64,000 nt of DNA from Octopus vulgaris. Lineage: Eukaryota. Below the pieces are notes generated by a model. The model ran no database searches and was not told the DNA's origin. It saw only the letters and a program-made list of their open reading frames with translations. The DNA lies in assembly GCA_951406725.2 (NCBI GenBank), contig OX597839.1:30938001-31002000 (forward strand), written 5' to 3'. The position numbers and the translations under genes are program-made. This document shows, one piece after another, positions 1 to 12,446 of this stretch (positions are counted from its first letter, which is position 1; every line of letters begins with the position of its first letter).

Positions 1-31
1 AAATGCTGCCGGTGTGCCAAGCAATGAACAG

Positions 32-790
32 TTAGTATCTGGTGGGAAATTTCATTCTGTATCTTCCTATCATTGAAAGGACTCCATCAGACGCACAGGC
101 AAGAATATTACCGAGTGGGATATTATGTTCAAAAAGGAAAGACTTGAGAGTATGAAAAAGAGTTGCGCCTTTTGAATCAAGCGACAATTTCTCTGTGAAC
201 AGCATTTCCTCACATGGCTGAAGGTCTTCACTGAAATATCGAACATATACCATCATCAAATACTGATTGTCCACAACAATTGACTCATCCACTTGTATAG
301 AAAATTCAGAATGCTGGAGGATATTAATGAGCTGATGTTTGACATCGTTAGCCATTTCATCAATGTGTTGAGAAACCATGTTAATACTAAATGGGATCTT
401 CTTCATAATGTTATTGGGTTTTTCGTGCATAACGGTTGACAAAACCTCTTCGATAACCAGGCAAAGTAATGTTTCTCCAATTGTGTGAGACTTCCCAGAC
501 TTTGCAACAAGCAATGCAATCAACCCGTCATTGTCCCGTTTACTAGTTTCCTGGAGCAGCGTGTTGAATGTTTGTGTTTGCTCTTTGAAAGAGGAGCTCA
601 GTTGCAAAAAGTGTGATAACGGCTTGTCCTTCTTGTGAGAATGCTTTGCAACAAAGTGATACTTCAAGCGTGAAGGTTTAATTGCTTCGTTGGTCAATGT
701 TTGATGGCAAAGAAGGCAGATTGGTAACCGACAGTTCTGAGGAGAAGGAATATATTGAAACAAACACTACTGTACTGTCGACAAATTCTC
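32..790 (-). mobile_element. hAT (Buster/Charlie, ZBED8/SCAND3-like) transposase remnant, truncated
   Basis: ORF 32..763 has BED-finger-like CLLC..LTNEAIKPSRLKYHF..KH, then KSHTIGETL, FSIQVDES and ACASDG..SMIG, typical of Buster-type hAT transposases. The ORF is cut off after the second catalytic Asp. Confidence 0.85.
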
Positions 791-1581
791 TTGACTGGAA
801 ACATCAGTAAAGTGAAAATGTGAAAACGAATTTCTGCGGACGGCGTCAGAGAGGTAGTATGGTATTCCCAAAGAGAAGTCAATAGAGCAGAGTCAGATGA
901 CACGTCTTTACTGGAGCAAATACGGATCTAGTTCGTTTGGCTGCCAGCATTTCAAAAATTAAAGTTTATTGAAAATGTTAAAATTTGGCATATTAATGTA
1001 GCTTTCCAAGCTAAATTGCTGGGGTTCTTCAACTTTTTCCAGAAAAACATTTTAAAAAAGTTATAGAGGTTTAAAGTTTGATCATTTTCACCCAGTCAAG
1101 AAATACGATTTCAAAGCTGTCATTTTGTGCGGGATTGCAAATTTTGTCAACATCCTGAAAATAGCACTTGTGATTTGATATGAAACCACAGAATTAGACA
1201 CAACATGTAACTCCTCATAACTTTTTTATTTTTCGGAGTTTTCGGAAATTTTTTGAGGGACTACCATTATGCAAAAAAAAAAACAAAAAAAAAACGTGAT
1301 TTAAGGCCTAGGCCTATTTGGCTGCTATTTTTAGCTCATATGACGACCACCTCAATGACTGTGCAACAAAAATATTTCATCGATAAATAAGTCCACTTTT
1401 TTAATACAAGTAGTCAAATCGATAAAAGTGCATCCTTATTCTAGGCTTGCTTAGATATCAGTAAATGCAGGCTTGATTTCTAAAAATTCATTGTCACCCA
1501 CGAAATGTTCACATCGCCCACCATTTTCTAGAAATTTGCCCATCACCCACCTGCAAGTTGAAAACTCCCACTTTGGGAAGC

Positions 1582-4325
1582 TATGGGTCACCAAACTTTT
1601 ATCATAGTGGGCCAGATATAGCTAAAAGAATGCCAAGGGTGGGCCGGATAAATATTTTGTTCAATTAAGTACAACATAGAATACACTGAATGTACACAAA
1701 CGATAAAGACAGTCAACCTGTTTATTTAGCAATACATAAAATTGTCAAGAAGGCTGAGGGTGTCTTGGCATCACTCACCAAATCCTTTGTGAGCCGCTCT
1801 CCGGCTATCTATCTGCGGCTTTATATAGCTATGGTAAGACCTCACCTGAAATTTGCATCACCGGTCTGGAACCCCTATCTTGCCCAACCAAAAGAATACC
1901 CTCCATCAGGCATTTGCCATATCCTGAACGCCTTACTTCCCTGGGCATGGACACATTGAAACTCCGACGTCTGGCAGCTGACTTGGCAGACACCCATAAA
2001 ATTATCAACCATCGCACAAACAATAACTCTGAGCACCTCTTCAAACTCCACCCATCTAACACCCGTGGACATATTTACAAAGTAAGAAAACAGCACAGCT
2101 CCCATGACTTCAGGAAAATTTTTTCACGCTGAGAGTTGCTGAAGCGTGGAACAAACTGCCGACATCGGTTGTTAGTTGTCGGAGCACTGTTTCCTTCAAG
2201 ACTTCCATGCTTCCTGAGATTCGCCAACACTACACTTGATTTTCTCCCCTCCATACACACACAAGCATGTTCACTTTCCAGACATTTCTACACTACTGCA
2301 TGTACTTTATATGCACTTTCTGACAAGTTGTGGTGCACCTGAGCACTGTATACAATAATTTCATTATTATTTATTATTATAAAATGCGCAAAATAATAAA
2401 AGCAGTAAACAAGAATTTTTATAAAAAGTGGGTATGTAGCTGAATTGCATAAAATATCATCAACGTTTGCTTTATTATTGCTGCAGCCAACCATAAGAAT
2501 TGCTTTCTAATATTTATCAGTGAACCTTGTCCGATGTATTGACTTCACACATTTCAGTTTTGAAAAAATTTGCTCCAGTTGTAGTTCAGTTGGCATGTTA
2601 TGAAGAGAACAGATCAAAGGGATTCTCTAACAAAAGGATTTCATTCTCAATTCTGTCCAAGATTTGAAAATCTTTGAGAAAAATGCGTATTTAAGACCCG
2701 AATAATTTCTTTCTGAAACTCAAGGTTAACATGTTCCACATTTTCTGTGCAAAACTCTTGAAAACACTGAAAATGAGAGAAGTTTTCTCCTTCAAGCCGT
2801 GCTTCAAACAATAATGGCCTTCTCCAAAATGCTGCAATAATTCTATAGAGATCACAGACAAGGTTATTCTTTCTTTGCAGTTTTAAATTCAATTCATTCG
2901 TATGAGAAGTGACGTCAACTAAAAACGACAACTTTGATAACCACGAAGGATCTGACAGCTGTGGATCAGCTCGATTCTTTTCGGTGAGAAAAAGATCTGT
3001 TTCTCTTCGGAGCTTATAAAAACGAAACAGGACTTTACTGCAACTGAGCCATCTCACTTCTGTGTAGTAAGGCAAGTCACAGAAATTAGAATCCATTTCT
3101 TCAAGGAAAGCCTGGAACTGTCGCTGATTAAGCCCATGATTCCGAAAAAAGTTCACCACAGTTGTAACCGGTTTTAGTACACAAGAAATATCTAAGTATT
3201 TTCCACAGAGTGCTTGCTGATGTATAATGCAGTGTATAAACAGAGCTTTCAGAAGTTGAAGCTCCTGCAATTTGGTCTGGATCCGCCCTACCAAACCCTT
3301 CCTCACTCCTGCCATGCTTTTTCCTCCATCGACTGTAACACACCGAAGCTGATTCCACTAAAGGTTATCGTTTTGCAAAGTTTTCTGCACCTCCATGAAA
3401 ATACCTTCGCCAGTTGTTGTTCCACGTATACTGCAAATGGATGCCATTTCTTCTATAATCTCAAAGTTGCAATTAAAACCACAAATGGACACAAGAAGTT
3501 GTGATGTTCTAGAGAGACCAGCAGACTCATCCCTTGCAAGAGAATACCACAAAAATTTCTTAGCTTTCTCACGTATCCGTAACTGTATATTCTCTCCAAG
3601 TTCTTCTATTCTCCGCACAACTGAACTTGCTGAAAGTCTGATACAGCCAAACATGTTAGCTTTTTCAGGACACAAGTCATTTGCTGCTTCCATCATGCAC
3701 TCTTTTAGAAAGTTTCTGTCAGTAAATGGTTTTCCTCACTCTGCCAACTTATTCACTATTTTGTAACTTACATGAGTGATAGATTCATTTTCAGCAAAAT
3801 TTTTCATAAAGAAATTACTTTGAGATTCCAAACTACATTTCATAGATTCAAATTTCTCGGACCGCAACTTTCCAAAATATTTAGAATGTGTTGAGAGATG
3901 TTTTGCTTTGTAGTGACGACAAATATTGTACTCTTTCATAACATATCAGGCAACTAGCTTTCTGGTCGATAGTTTCCACAAAGAAGTACTTTTCTCTCCA
4001 TTCTTTATTATTTAGAATGCAACATTCATCATCAACCTTTCTCTTCTTAGTAGCCATAATGAAGGGTGAAGAAAAAACAAAAGCAGTCTTAGGCCTCGGC
4101 GTCAGATATTCTTGTTTTAATTGCAATCACTAATAACTGACTCGTCCGAGGCACATGTAATTAATGTGGCAGGTGAAATACACAGCACATGAACTGACTG
4201 ACTCAGTATACATATGACACGTGTAATCAAAGAAGTGTAAGAAGCAGTATAAAAGCATGTTTATTTTTTTCAGTATATGGCAGCGGGCTGGACCTGGCCT
4301 GTAGGCCGTAGTTTGGTGACCCATG
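1582..4325 (-). mobile_element. hAT (SPIN/Charlie, GTF2IRD2-like) DNA transposon with disrupted transposase and both TIRs
   Basis: TIRs (t)ATGGGTCACCAAACT at 1582-1597 and AGTTTGGTGACCCATG at 4310-4325. Broken ORF pieces at 2647-4056 carry KKRKVD..W..KYFF..CLIC, KEYNICRHY, YSLARDES, MAG.RKGLVG, HCIIHQQALC and VRWLS. No clear 8-bp TSD. Confidence 0.9.
1742..2378 (+). mobile_element. CR1-clade LINE 3' fragment inserted in the hAT element
   Basis: LYIAMVRPHLKFASPVWNPYL and PYPERLTSLGMDTLKLRRL..TRGH.YK are CR1 ORF2 C-terminal motifs. The 3' end GGTGCACCTGAGCACTGTA is followed by an (ATT)n tail. Confidence 0.9.
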
Positions 4326-4660
4326 GGTTAGAGTGTCGAGCTTACAGTCATGAGGTTGTGAGTTTGATTCCCAGCTTGGGCTGTGTGTTGTGTTCTTGAG
4401 CAAGACACTTTATTTCATGTTCTTCCAATTCACTTAAGTGTAGAAATGAGTTGCAACATCACTAGTGGCCAGCTGTCTCGGCCCCTTTGCCTTCCCCTTG
4501 GATGACATCGGTGGCACGGGGAGGGGAGATTGGTATGCATGGGTGATTGCTGGTCTTCTGTAAACAACATTGCCTGAACTTGTGGTGCCTCAGAGAGGAA
4601 TTTTCCAGGTGCAATTCTACGGTCATTCATAAATGAAGTGGGCCTTTACCATTACCCTTT
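4326..4660 (+). mobile_element. tRNA-derived SINE, decayed
   Basis: tRNA-like head (GGTTAGAGTGTCG...GAGTTTGATTCCC) followed by GTGTTGTGTTCTTGAGCAAGACACTTTA. Confidence 0.55.
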
Positions 4661-5159
4661 TACACACACTTATGCACGTGTGTGGGTGTATATATATACA
4701 CATACACACACACATAAGGTCTGATCAAAAAGTATTAGGCTCTGTTTGGTAACAGCTAAAATACGCAGAGTGAAGCTGCTTGGCACAGATTGACCTTAAA
4801 CTTTGTTGCAAATTCACACTAAGTTACACCATTCTCATTCACTTGCATTGTTCATAGCGGTGCTTGGAAGTCCATTGTGTAGAATGTGGTTGTCTCAGAA
4901 AGATCAAGATTCAGCTGTGCAGGATCTCTTTGATTGTGTTGAGGAAGAAAGAAACTTTTCAGATATGGCCATAAGATGACAAATAGTGAATCTATGACCC
5001 TGAAATTAAGGCTCAGTCTTTGTAATGGAAACCTCAAACAAGATTTCAAGATGTTGTGGAAATCCAAGAGAAAAAAAAAAAAAGTAAAAAAAAAAAAAGA
5101 GTAAAAAAAAAGAATGTGAGAAGGGAATCATTTGCTATTCCAAAACAGGAGTTCCAGGA

Positions 5160-5620
5160 ATGCTGGTAACGATCACGCTCGAATGGTGTTTTTTACATGC
5201 CACCGGCACAGAAGCCAGTTAGCCGCTCTGACAACGATCACACCTGGATGGTGCTCTTAGCGCTCCACTAGCATGGATACCAGTCATTGAATTCGATTTC
5301 AATCTTACTTGCCTCAACAGGTCTTCGCAAGCAGAGTTTAGTGTCCAATGAAGGAAAGGCACACATAAGTGGGCTGGTTACACCCCTGGCATAGGCCACA
5401 AGGTTATGGTCTCACTTGTACTTGGTGAGTCTTCTCAAGCACACCATATTTCCAAAAGTCTCGGTCACTAGTCATTGCCTCAGTGAGGCCTAATGTTCAA
5501 AGGTCATGCTTCACCACTTCATCCCAGGTCTTCCTAGGTCTACCTCTTCCACAGGTTCCCTCAACCGCTAGGGTGTGGAACTTTTTCACACAGCTATCCT
5601 TATCCATTCTCACCACATGA
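5160..5620 (-). mobile_element. RTE-type LINE/SINE 3'-region fragment
   Basis: Shares sequence with the repeats at 14810-15170 and 46325-46745 (CTTGCCTCAACAGGTCTT, GATCACGCTCG..TGGTG). Confidence 0.5.
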
Positions 5621-5800
5621 CCATGAGAATGGTTTTGTTATATGGCACCGTATTTTAGTCCTGTAAATAATAATAATGGTATTTATATAAGCTTGAAGCT
5701 TATGGCGATCACCATGCAATGACTGAGGAAAATAGTCTAATAAAGGGACATAGAAGCCCTCAACAGAGAAAAGAAGGATTTCCTATGTATAACATATGTA

Positions 5801-6643
5801 CACCCAGAACCATGCTAATAGCTTAGCAGTGAAATTTAAGATTTCTTGGTTTTCTGTGAATCAGTTTTGATAGAACTTTTCCCAGCAGGTTGCACACTAT
5901 GGCAACACCATTCTTATGCTTTCGTTATTCTCTGTAATGTCCTTTCTTTTTTATTTTAGATTCTTCAGTTTTTGGGTGAACCATGCAAATAGTGTCCCTC
6001 CTCTCTAAGGGATATAGAAAAGGCCTTAATGATGAAGAAAAGTCTGTCATCATCAAGGAAAGTGCTAAAGGCACCTCTCTTCATGTCATTGCAAAGTAAG
6101 GCTGTCATGTGGACATGGTTAGATGATTCCTGAAGAACCCTTTGCCAAGGAAGAAACAATCCGATTGTGGGACCTCCAAGACTGTGACAGTCAGGTAATT
6201 AAGGAATATTGGCCACAAGTTATGTGGGAAACCTGGACAAACAAGCAAAGCCATTTTCACCGTCTCCAAACTTCCTCATGTACCGAAAACCATCAGAAAT
6301 CACATCCTCTGGAGCAAGGCTTCAGTGAGAGAACCCCTGATGCTGCCTCCTTTAATGCCCCGTCACAGGAGTTTGAGGCCCAAAAGTACATGATGTTAGA
6401 CATGAGTTGTGTTCACTGATGGAACCAGACCCCTGACGGTGGGGCAAACGGTTTGATCTGTTTTGGAGAAGAACGTCATCAATATTTATGAAATAAAAAA
6501 AGGACATTACAGAGAATAATGAAAGCATAACAATGGCGTTGCCATAGTGTGCAACCTGCTGGGAAAAGTTCCATCAAAACTGATTCACAGAAAACCAAGA
6601 AATCTTAAATTTCACTCCTAAGCTATTAGCATGGTTCTGGGTG
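5801..6643 (+). mobile_element. Internally deleted Tc1-like transposon with ~150-bp TIRs
   Basis: 5801-5950 is the reverse complement of 6497-6643 (CACCCAGAACCATGCTAATAGC...), with TA on both sides. An internal frameshifted remnant reads AQKYM.LD.S.V.FTD..R..PDG, resembling the Tc1 VLFTDE.RATLDGPDGW motif. Confidence 0.85.
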
Positions 6644-6930
6644 TATGTATGTGTGTGTGTGTAGGTACACTCAATTAGAAAAGAAAAAAAACCCAAACAT
6701 ATGAAAGATAAGAACAAAAAATATTTACGCCACTAAAATATATTTTAGTCAGATTAAATCTAATATAAACCTTATATTTGTTTAGTTTCCAAATGCCATA
6801 AAACAACAATTTATTATTGTCTGCGATTCTGCAATAGTAAAGGGAATTTGTGCCATTTTAAATTTTAGCCCGTGCTAATTGGCTTTTAGTATATAATAAA
6901 ATGTTAATTTATCAGTTAAAAATCCAAGAT

Positions 6931-8739
6931 TCACAAAAGTTTTTCTCTTCCAGGAACTTGTATTCTTAGGTGTTTTCTTGTATCAGCTTTTCGAATGAAA
7001 ACATTGAACATTTCCTTACTTTTAATGAAAGAATCCCAGAATTCAGGGAAAAACTCCCTTTTCAATAATGCAATCACAGCCTCAGTATCATTGTTAATCT
7101 CAGGCTGAGATTCAGTTTTGTTATCATCCATCTCATTAACAGTTATCAAAAATGTGATGATGCTTGTTGGATATTTGGATAGCATTGTTCTCAGACTATC
7201 ATTAGTAATCTCATTAGAGTCTTCATCACATACAACAATAATATCAAAAAAACTAAATTCATTAAGAGGTATGGAAGCAATTTCTTCCATTAACAACTTT
7301 TGGTTAAAAATAAATGATACATCCCAGTCTGGAATATCTCTTGAAAAATGTTCGTGCAATATTTCGTTTTGTTCCAGACCTTCCACAATAAATATTTTCC
7401 TTTTATCTGTTTTTCCTTCCGATGGATTATTTTTCAAATCGAATTTTTTAGCAATGAAGATATTGAACATTTCCTCGTGTCTGAAGAAAGCTTTTATGTA
7501 GTCTTCAAAAATATTCTTTTTCACTATTCTGAAGACGGGTTTGGGAATCTGAGCATCACCAAAACTCACAGGTTTTGTGTCGGAATGAAAAACATAACCG
7601 TTATCATCATTCCCATCAACAATTATCAAAAATGCGATGATGCTTGGTGGAAACTTTGGTAAGAGTTCTTTTTCAATACGAGCCAAAATTGTTTTCAGAC
7701 TTTCATTAGTAATATGGTTACCCTCTTCATCACATAGAACAATAATATCAAAATAACTAAATTCATTCAGAGCTATGGAAGTAATTTGTTGCATTAACGA
7801 CTTTTGGTTTAAAAGAAAAGACACATCCCAGTCTGGATTTCTTTCTGCAAAATGTTTGTGTAATTTTTCATCTTGTTCCAGACCTTCCACAATAAATATT
7901 TTCCTTTTGTCTGTTGTTTCTTCTACTGGTTTATTATCTACGAGACTTTTTTCCGATAGGAATTTTTTATCAATGAAAATATTGAACGTTTCCTCACTTT
8001 TAAAGAAAGCTTCTAGGAATCCATGCAAGAACTTTCTTTTCAAAATTCTAAGGACTGGTTTAAGCATCTGAGCATCACCAAAACTCACAGGTTTTGTGTC
8101 GGAATGAAAAACATAACCGTTATCATCATTCCCATCAACAATAATCAAAAGAGTGATGATGCTTGGTGGAAACTTTGGTAAGAGTTCTTTTTCAACATGG
8201 GGTATCATTGTTTTCATACTTTTATTAGTAATGCCATTAAGTTGATCATCGCAGGAAACAATAATATCAAAATAACTGAACTTATTCTCTGGTATGGAAC
8301 CAATTTCCTCCTTTAATTTGGTTATAGAGCCTAAAATAAAAGACACATCCCAGTCTGGATTACTTGAATAACATTCACGTAATTTTTCGTCTTCGTTCAT
8401 ACCTTGCAGAATAAATACTTTTCTTTTGTCTCTTGCTTGTGGCTTTGGTTTTTCTTGGTCAACTTCTCTTCCCATTTTCGTAAAGTATTCTTGGAATTGT
8501 TTCTTTAAAGATTCGTTTCCTGTTTCGGAAAGAATCTTGATGAAAGTTTCAGGTAAACAATTTCTTTTTTGTAAAATCTCCAACATTTTCCGAATTCTGT
8601 TGCTTTCTGTATTTTGTGATTTTATAGTTTCGTAATTTCTAGTTGTGATATGACCATCAGACTGTAAATAATCCAGAACATCATCGATTTGAGTGAGATT
8701 CTGGATAATTTGTGGCCGAAGTCTCACGTAAACCTCCAT
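6931..8739 (-). CDS. Paralog 1: CARD-like domain + 3 copies of the ~170-aa repeat domain (602 aa, single coding exon)
   Basis: Uninterrupted ORF whose first ATG (8739, MEVYVRLRPQII) aligns with the ATG of the other paralogs. The N-terminus LRPQIIQNLTQIDDVLDYLQSDGHIT..YETIKS..T...RIRKMLEIL.KR....FIKILSETG fits the CARD consensus. Repeat domains begin (DKRK) at 8430, 7911 and 7407. Confidence 0.9.
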   Translation of the reverse strand: MEVYVRLRPQIIQNLTQIDDVLDYLQSDGHITTRNYETIKSQNTESNRIRKMLEILQKRNCLPETFIKILSETGNESLKKQFQEYFTKMGREVDQEKPKPQARDKRKVFILQGMNEDEKLRECYSSNPDWDVSFILGSITKLKEEIGSIPENKFSYFDIIVSCDDQLNGITNKSMKTMIPHVEKELLPKFPPSIITLLIIVDGNDDNGYVFHSDTKPVSFGDAQMLKPVLRILKRKFLHGFLEAFFKSEETFNIFIDKKFLSEKSLVDNKPVEETTDKRKIFIVEGLEQDEKLHKHFAERNPDWDVSFLLNQKSLMQQITSIALNEFSYFDIIVLCDEEGNHITNESLKTILARIEKELLPKFPPSIIAFLIIVDGNDDNGYVFHSDTKPVSFGDAQIPKPVFRIVKKNIFEDYIKAFFRHEEMFNIFIAKKFDLKNNPSEGKTDKRKIFIVEGLEQNEILHEHFSRDIPDWDVSFIFNQKLLMEEIASIPLNEFSFFDIIVVCDEDSNEITNDSLRTMLSKYPTSIITFLITVNEMDDNKTESQPEINNDTEAVIALLKREFFPEFWDSFIKSKEMFNVFIRKADTRKHLRIQVPGREKLL

Positions 8740-8997
8740 TTTGAAAAACGGTGTAAAAAGCACGAAGTAGAGCACGAAAAATTAGTCCATTACTTCCGGA
8801 TTTGCAATTCAGATAATTTCTCAAAGACGGGTGCAGAGACAACAAAAATGGCAATATAATGTGAATATAGAATAACAAATAGTCTAAGTAAAGCATGGTG
8901 GAGGTAAAGAATACGCAGGCCATCCGTTTTCGGCGTAACAAAAACCCTAACACTTAACACCGGGTGTTCGTATTCTTTACCTTCGCATAAAGGCCAC

Positions 8998-9516
8998 TAA
9001 TAATAAACATTGTGTACAGTGCTCAGGTGCACTACAACTCATCTAAAGTGTATATATAACCAGGTGTAGTTTCGGCGGATTTCGGGAAGCATGAGGGCCT
9101 TAAAGGATGCAGTGTCATGGCAGTCAACAACTGACGCAGGCAGTTTATTCCATGCTTCAGCAACTCTGAGCGTGAAGAAATGTTTCCGAAAGTCATGGGA
9201 GCTGTGCTGTTTTCTGACTTTGTAGACGTGTCCACGTGTGTTAGACACATGGGGATCAAAAAGGTGTTCAGTGTTGTTGTTGGTGAGGTGGTTGATAACT
9301 TTGTGGGTGTTTACCAAGTCCGTCGCCAGACGCCGGAGCTTCAGTGAATCCATGCCCAGGGAAACAAGGCGCTCAGAATATGGTAGGTGTCTGATGGAGG
9401 GTATGCGTTTGGTTGCACGTCTCTGGACAGATTCCAGGAGGTCAATGTTCTGAGCAAGATAGGGGTTCCAAACTGATGATGCGAATTCCAAGTGTGGTCG
9501 TACCATAGCTGTATAC
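8998..9516 (-). mobile_element. CR1-clade LINE 3' fragment (young subfamily)
   Basis: YTAMVRPHLEFASSVWNPYL..LESVQRRATK..TRGH..FFTLRVAEAWNKLP with a (TAA)n-type tail. Nearly identical to 47355-47943 and 61304-61879. Confidence 0.92.
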
Positions 9517-10153
9517 GGCTTTCTATCATATTTTAACATTTCTCTTGGCACCAACAGAGAAAATGGGAAAGGCATTACCCCGGAGGATAGCGAGGGAGAT
9601 TTCCATTCAGGTGACCTCGCTTAACATTTCTCAGGGGTGAAGGGGTGGGGAATCGAAATTGATTTCCAATTACCCCCCGCCCGCCCATCCATGCCCAGCC
9701 CCGGGTAATAGGAGATCAATTTTATCTTACCCTCTCCTATGATTTCCGAGTACCTACCTCAGAATCGCGTAAAATTTCTTCCAATGACTTCAAGTTTTTC
9801 AAATTGTACCAGGTCATTTTCAAAGAATATGGTTCTAATGTAGTTTTGCTGATGGCGAAAATCGCATCATTTTTTTTTTTTTTGTAGAAATTAATAATAA
9901 AGATTTACGGAGATGTACTTGCATATCAAGTGACCTGATCTGAGATCGTGTGCTGGAACGAAAACAATTGCAGCGTGGAAGGTGTTTATAAGCCTCAACA
10001 TTTAAATTTAATTTGTCAAAATATTTTCGTTGCTTTGAGACCGCAACCTGTTCACTGACAAAACTCCGCGCTGCATCTCTGTTGGGGCTCGCAAAAAAAC
10101 GATAATTCCCAAAACCGAGTTCAAGAATAAGTAATTCTCAAAACCAGTTTTCG

Positions 10154-10325
10154 CGGGTACTACTTAAGAAGAGTGGCCCCGGTGCGCGCACTCGCGCTAG
10201 CTAGTCGTGACTAGTCGATCCTTTGTGTTTTATTTACTTTGCTAGGTAGTCGTTGTAGGATCGACTAGTCACGACTAGCTAGCGCGAGTGCGCGCACCGG
10301 GATCACTCTTCTTAAATAGTACCCG
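10154..10325. repeat. GC-rich fold-back: 69-bp inverted arms with a 34-bp loop (MITE-like)
   Basis: 10154-10222 (CGGGTACTACTTAAGAAGAGTG..CTAGTCGATCCT) is the near-perfect reverse complement of 10257-10325. Confidence 0.9.
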
Positions 10326-10353
10326 AATTCTTTAGAAATTTCAAATCCGTCTG

Positions 10354-11200
10354 TTACCATCTCGGGCTCTTCATTGTGCTTGTGTATTCACGAATGAGTC
10401 CATTACCTTCATAAGAAGATGGGACAACAGTAACATTTGTTTCTAGGTTCCCTCCTATTTCATTTTCTTTGTATAATTCTGTTGTGTTCTCAGCATCATG
10501 TTCAGGAAATAATCTCCTATATGTTTGTTCAGCATACTTCCTTAAATGTTGTTTCGTTAAAAAATAGAAAATGTCCAGAAATTGACTCACCTTTAAATTT
10601 CCTTGGGTTATCTAAATACCTCAAGAAAATCAAGGTTTCGACATTTCTTCTCTTATTATATCTATGCATAAGTCTTTCACGAAGATTTAGAGCCAAAGGG
10701 TTGCCGATGATATTAAGTTTATTCAATAAAAATTCTATAGAATATTCTGCTTTCAGTAAACCCGTATCGTCAGCGCAAATAGCCTTCAAAATAATTTCTA
10801 CTGAATGCAGAATTTCATATAGTAAATTGAGAGATTTCCATTCTTCGTCAGCGACGGCATCTTGGAAAGTTCTGCACGTAGATCATTTGGAATGCAGCTT
10901 TTCAATTTCAAATATCTCTCAATCATATGGAATGTGCCATTCCACCGAGTTCTGCAATCCAGTATAAGTTTATATTCTCTGTTATCAAAGTTCGCTCGTA
11001 CAAAATCTTGCAAAATTTCATTTTTTGTAGATTTACGGTAAAGTTTTGAAATTTTTCTTACCTTATTTAAAACTCTGTTAAATTCAGGTTTTAGCTGGGG
11101 TAAACAAGCATTTTCGTGAGCCAAATCTGTTTGACAAAGTATGTCTTGTTGGCTTATATCAGCTTCATCATCACTATCGTCTGTTATGGCGATCACTATC
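10354..11200 (-). mobile_element. hAT (hATm-like) transposase remnant
   Basis: KVRKISKLYRKS..NEILQ..KLILDCRTRWNGTFHMIERYLKLK continues, frameshifted, into the 10529-10789 ORF. TRWN is the hAT RW motif. Confidence 0.8.
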
Positions 11201-12034
11201 GTCTGTTATAGCGATCAAAAAATTTAGTGTTACTTCCTTGAAATGAATCTGGAACTGGTTATTACATATGCTCAACGGGAATGATCACCCGACTGAAGAC
11301 TAACAGCATCCCTTGACTTGCTATGAATAAACTCAGTTACCAGCAAATTCAAAGAGTCAGCCAGGGGTTAGCGAAGGAGATGACAAGGTGCTGATCTAAG
11401 GTTCAAGGGGAAAGATGGTGAGAATTGATATGTTGCGATATGTTTCAATGAAACAGACAGCACTCTCAACTAAAGGCGACCGACGACAGTTCAGTTAGTT
11501 CAGTTTCAAGGATATTTCTTGAAAAGAAAAAATGGAGAAATGTTTTGCGAAAAAAAAAGAAAAAAAAAAGAAGCAGCGGATCTTTTCACTTTGACCGGCA
11601 TATTTAAAAAATAGTTATTTGTAACTAAACACTTTTAAACTTCGTATACTGGTAGAATGTGTTACATAAAACATCTTTTATTGAAAATATCCGAAATAGC
11701 AAGCCTTAAAATCGATTTTGGCAAATCGGTTTCGGTTTTACTGATCATAATATAAAACCGGTTTCGAGGCCTAATCTCAGTTAATAATAAAGAAATTACA
11801 ATTTAAAGTTACGTAATTTTATCCGGTAATCTTTCAGTTTCGGATGTTTAAACAAGTAAATAAAAATTGAAGGGGAATTAACAACTAAATAACAGCATGT
11901 ACACTCACGAAGTGATTGTGCATCAGGAGAACTTTGTAGAAACCGCGAATAAGGACGTCCCTGCGCAAAATGCGAATATGTGAATGCGGGTGGAAAGAAA
12001 ATTACAGAGTCAATTTGGAATGTCAAATTAGACA

Positions 12035-12446
12035 ATCTTTCGTCTCTAGTAGACCTTTCCGTCGATTTCCGTAAAATTTTTTTATTTTTTACATATGGGC
12101 TTGCGGGAACTTTTGAAGTAATGAGAGCGAAAGAGACTAAGAGAAAGCGATTGTATGACGAGGGAAGTTCTTTTGAAGTTACCGTGCATGGGAGCATTGA
12201 TGTACATGTGTGTGTGTGTGTGTTTGATGGGGTGTGGGAGACAGACAGTATGTTGTGTAAGTGAAGTGCTTCTGTTAGTGTGTGTGAAGAGACAGAGTAA
12301 TGTGTGAAAGAAAGAGATAACTGAAATTTTTTACTCGGTGTATGTGTATATGTATGTATATTACTTCAAAAGTTCCCGCAAGCCCATATGTAAAAAAAAA
12401 TTTTTTTTACGGAAATCGACGGAAAGGTCTACTAGAGACGAAAGAT
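12035..12446. mobile_element. MITE-like element with ~87-bp inverted termini
   Basis: 12035-12122 (ATCTTTCGTCTCTAGTAGACC..GAAGTAAT) is the reverse complement of 12360-12446. Confidence 0.75.

Noticed and set aside
8740-8775. N-terminal extensions from GTG/TTG starts (MLYFVLFTPFFK; MPK in paralogs 2-5)
   Set aside because: The ORF track allows bacterial-style starts. The first ATG aligns across all five paralogs.
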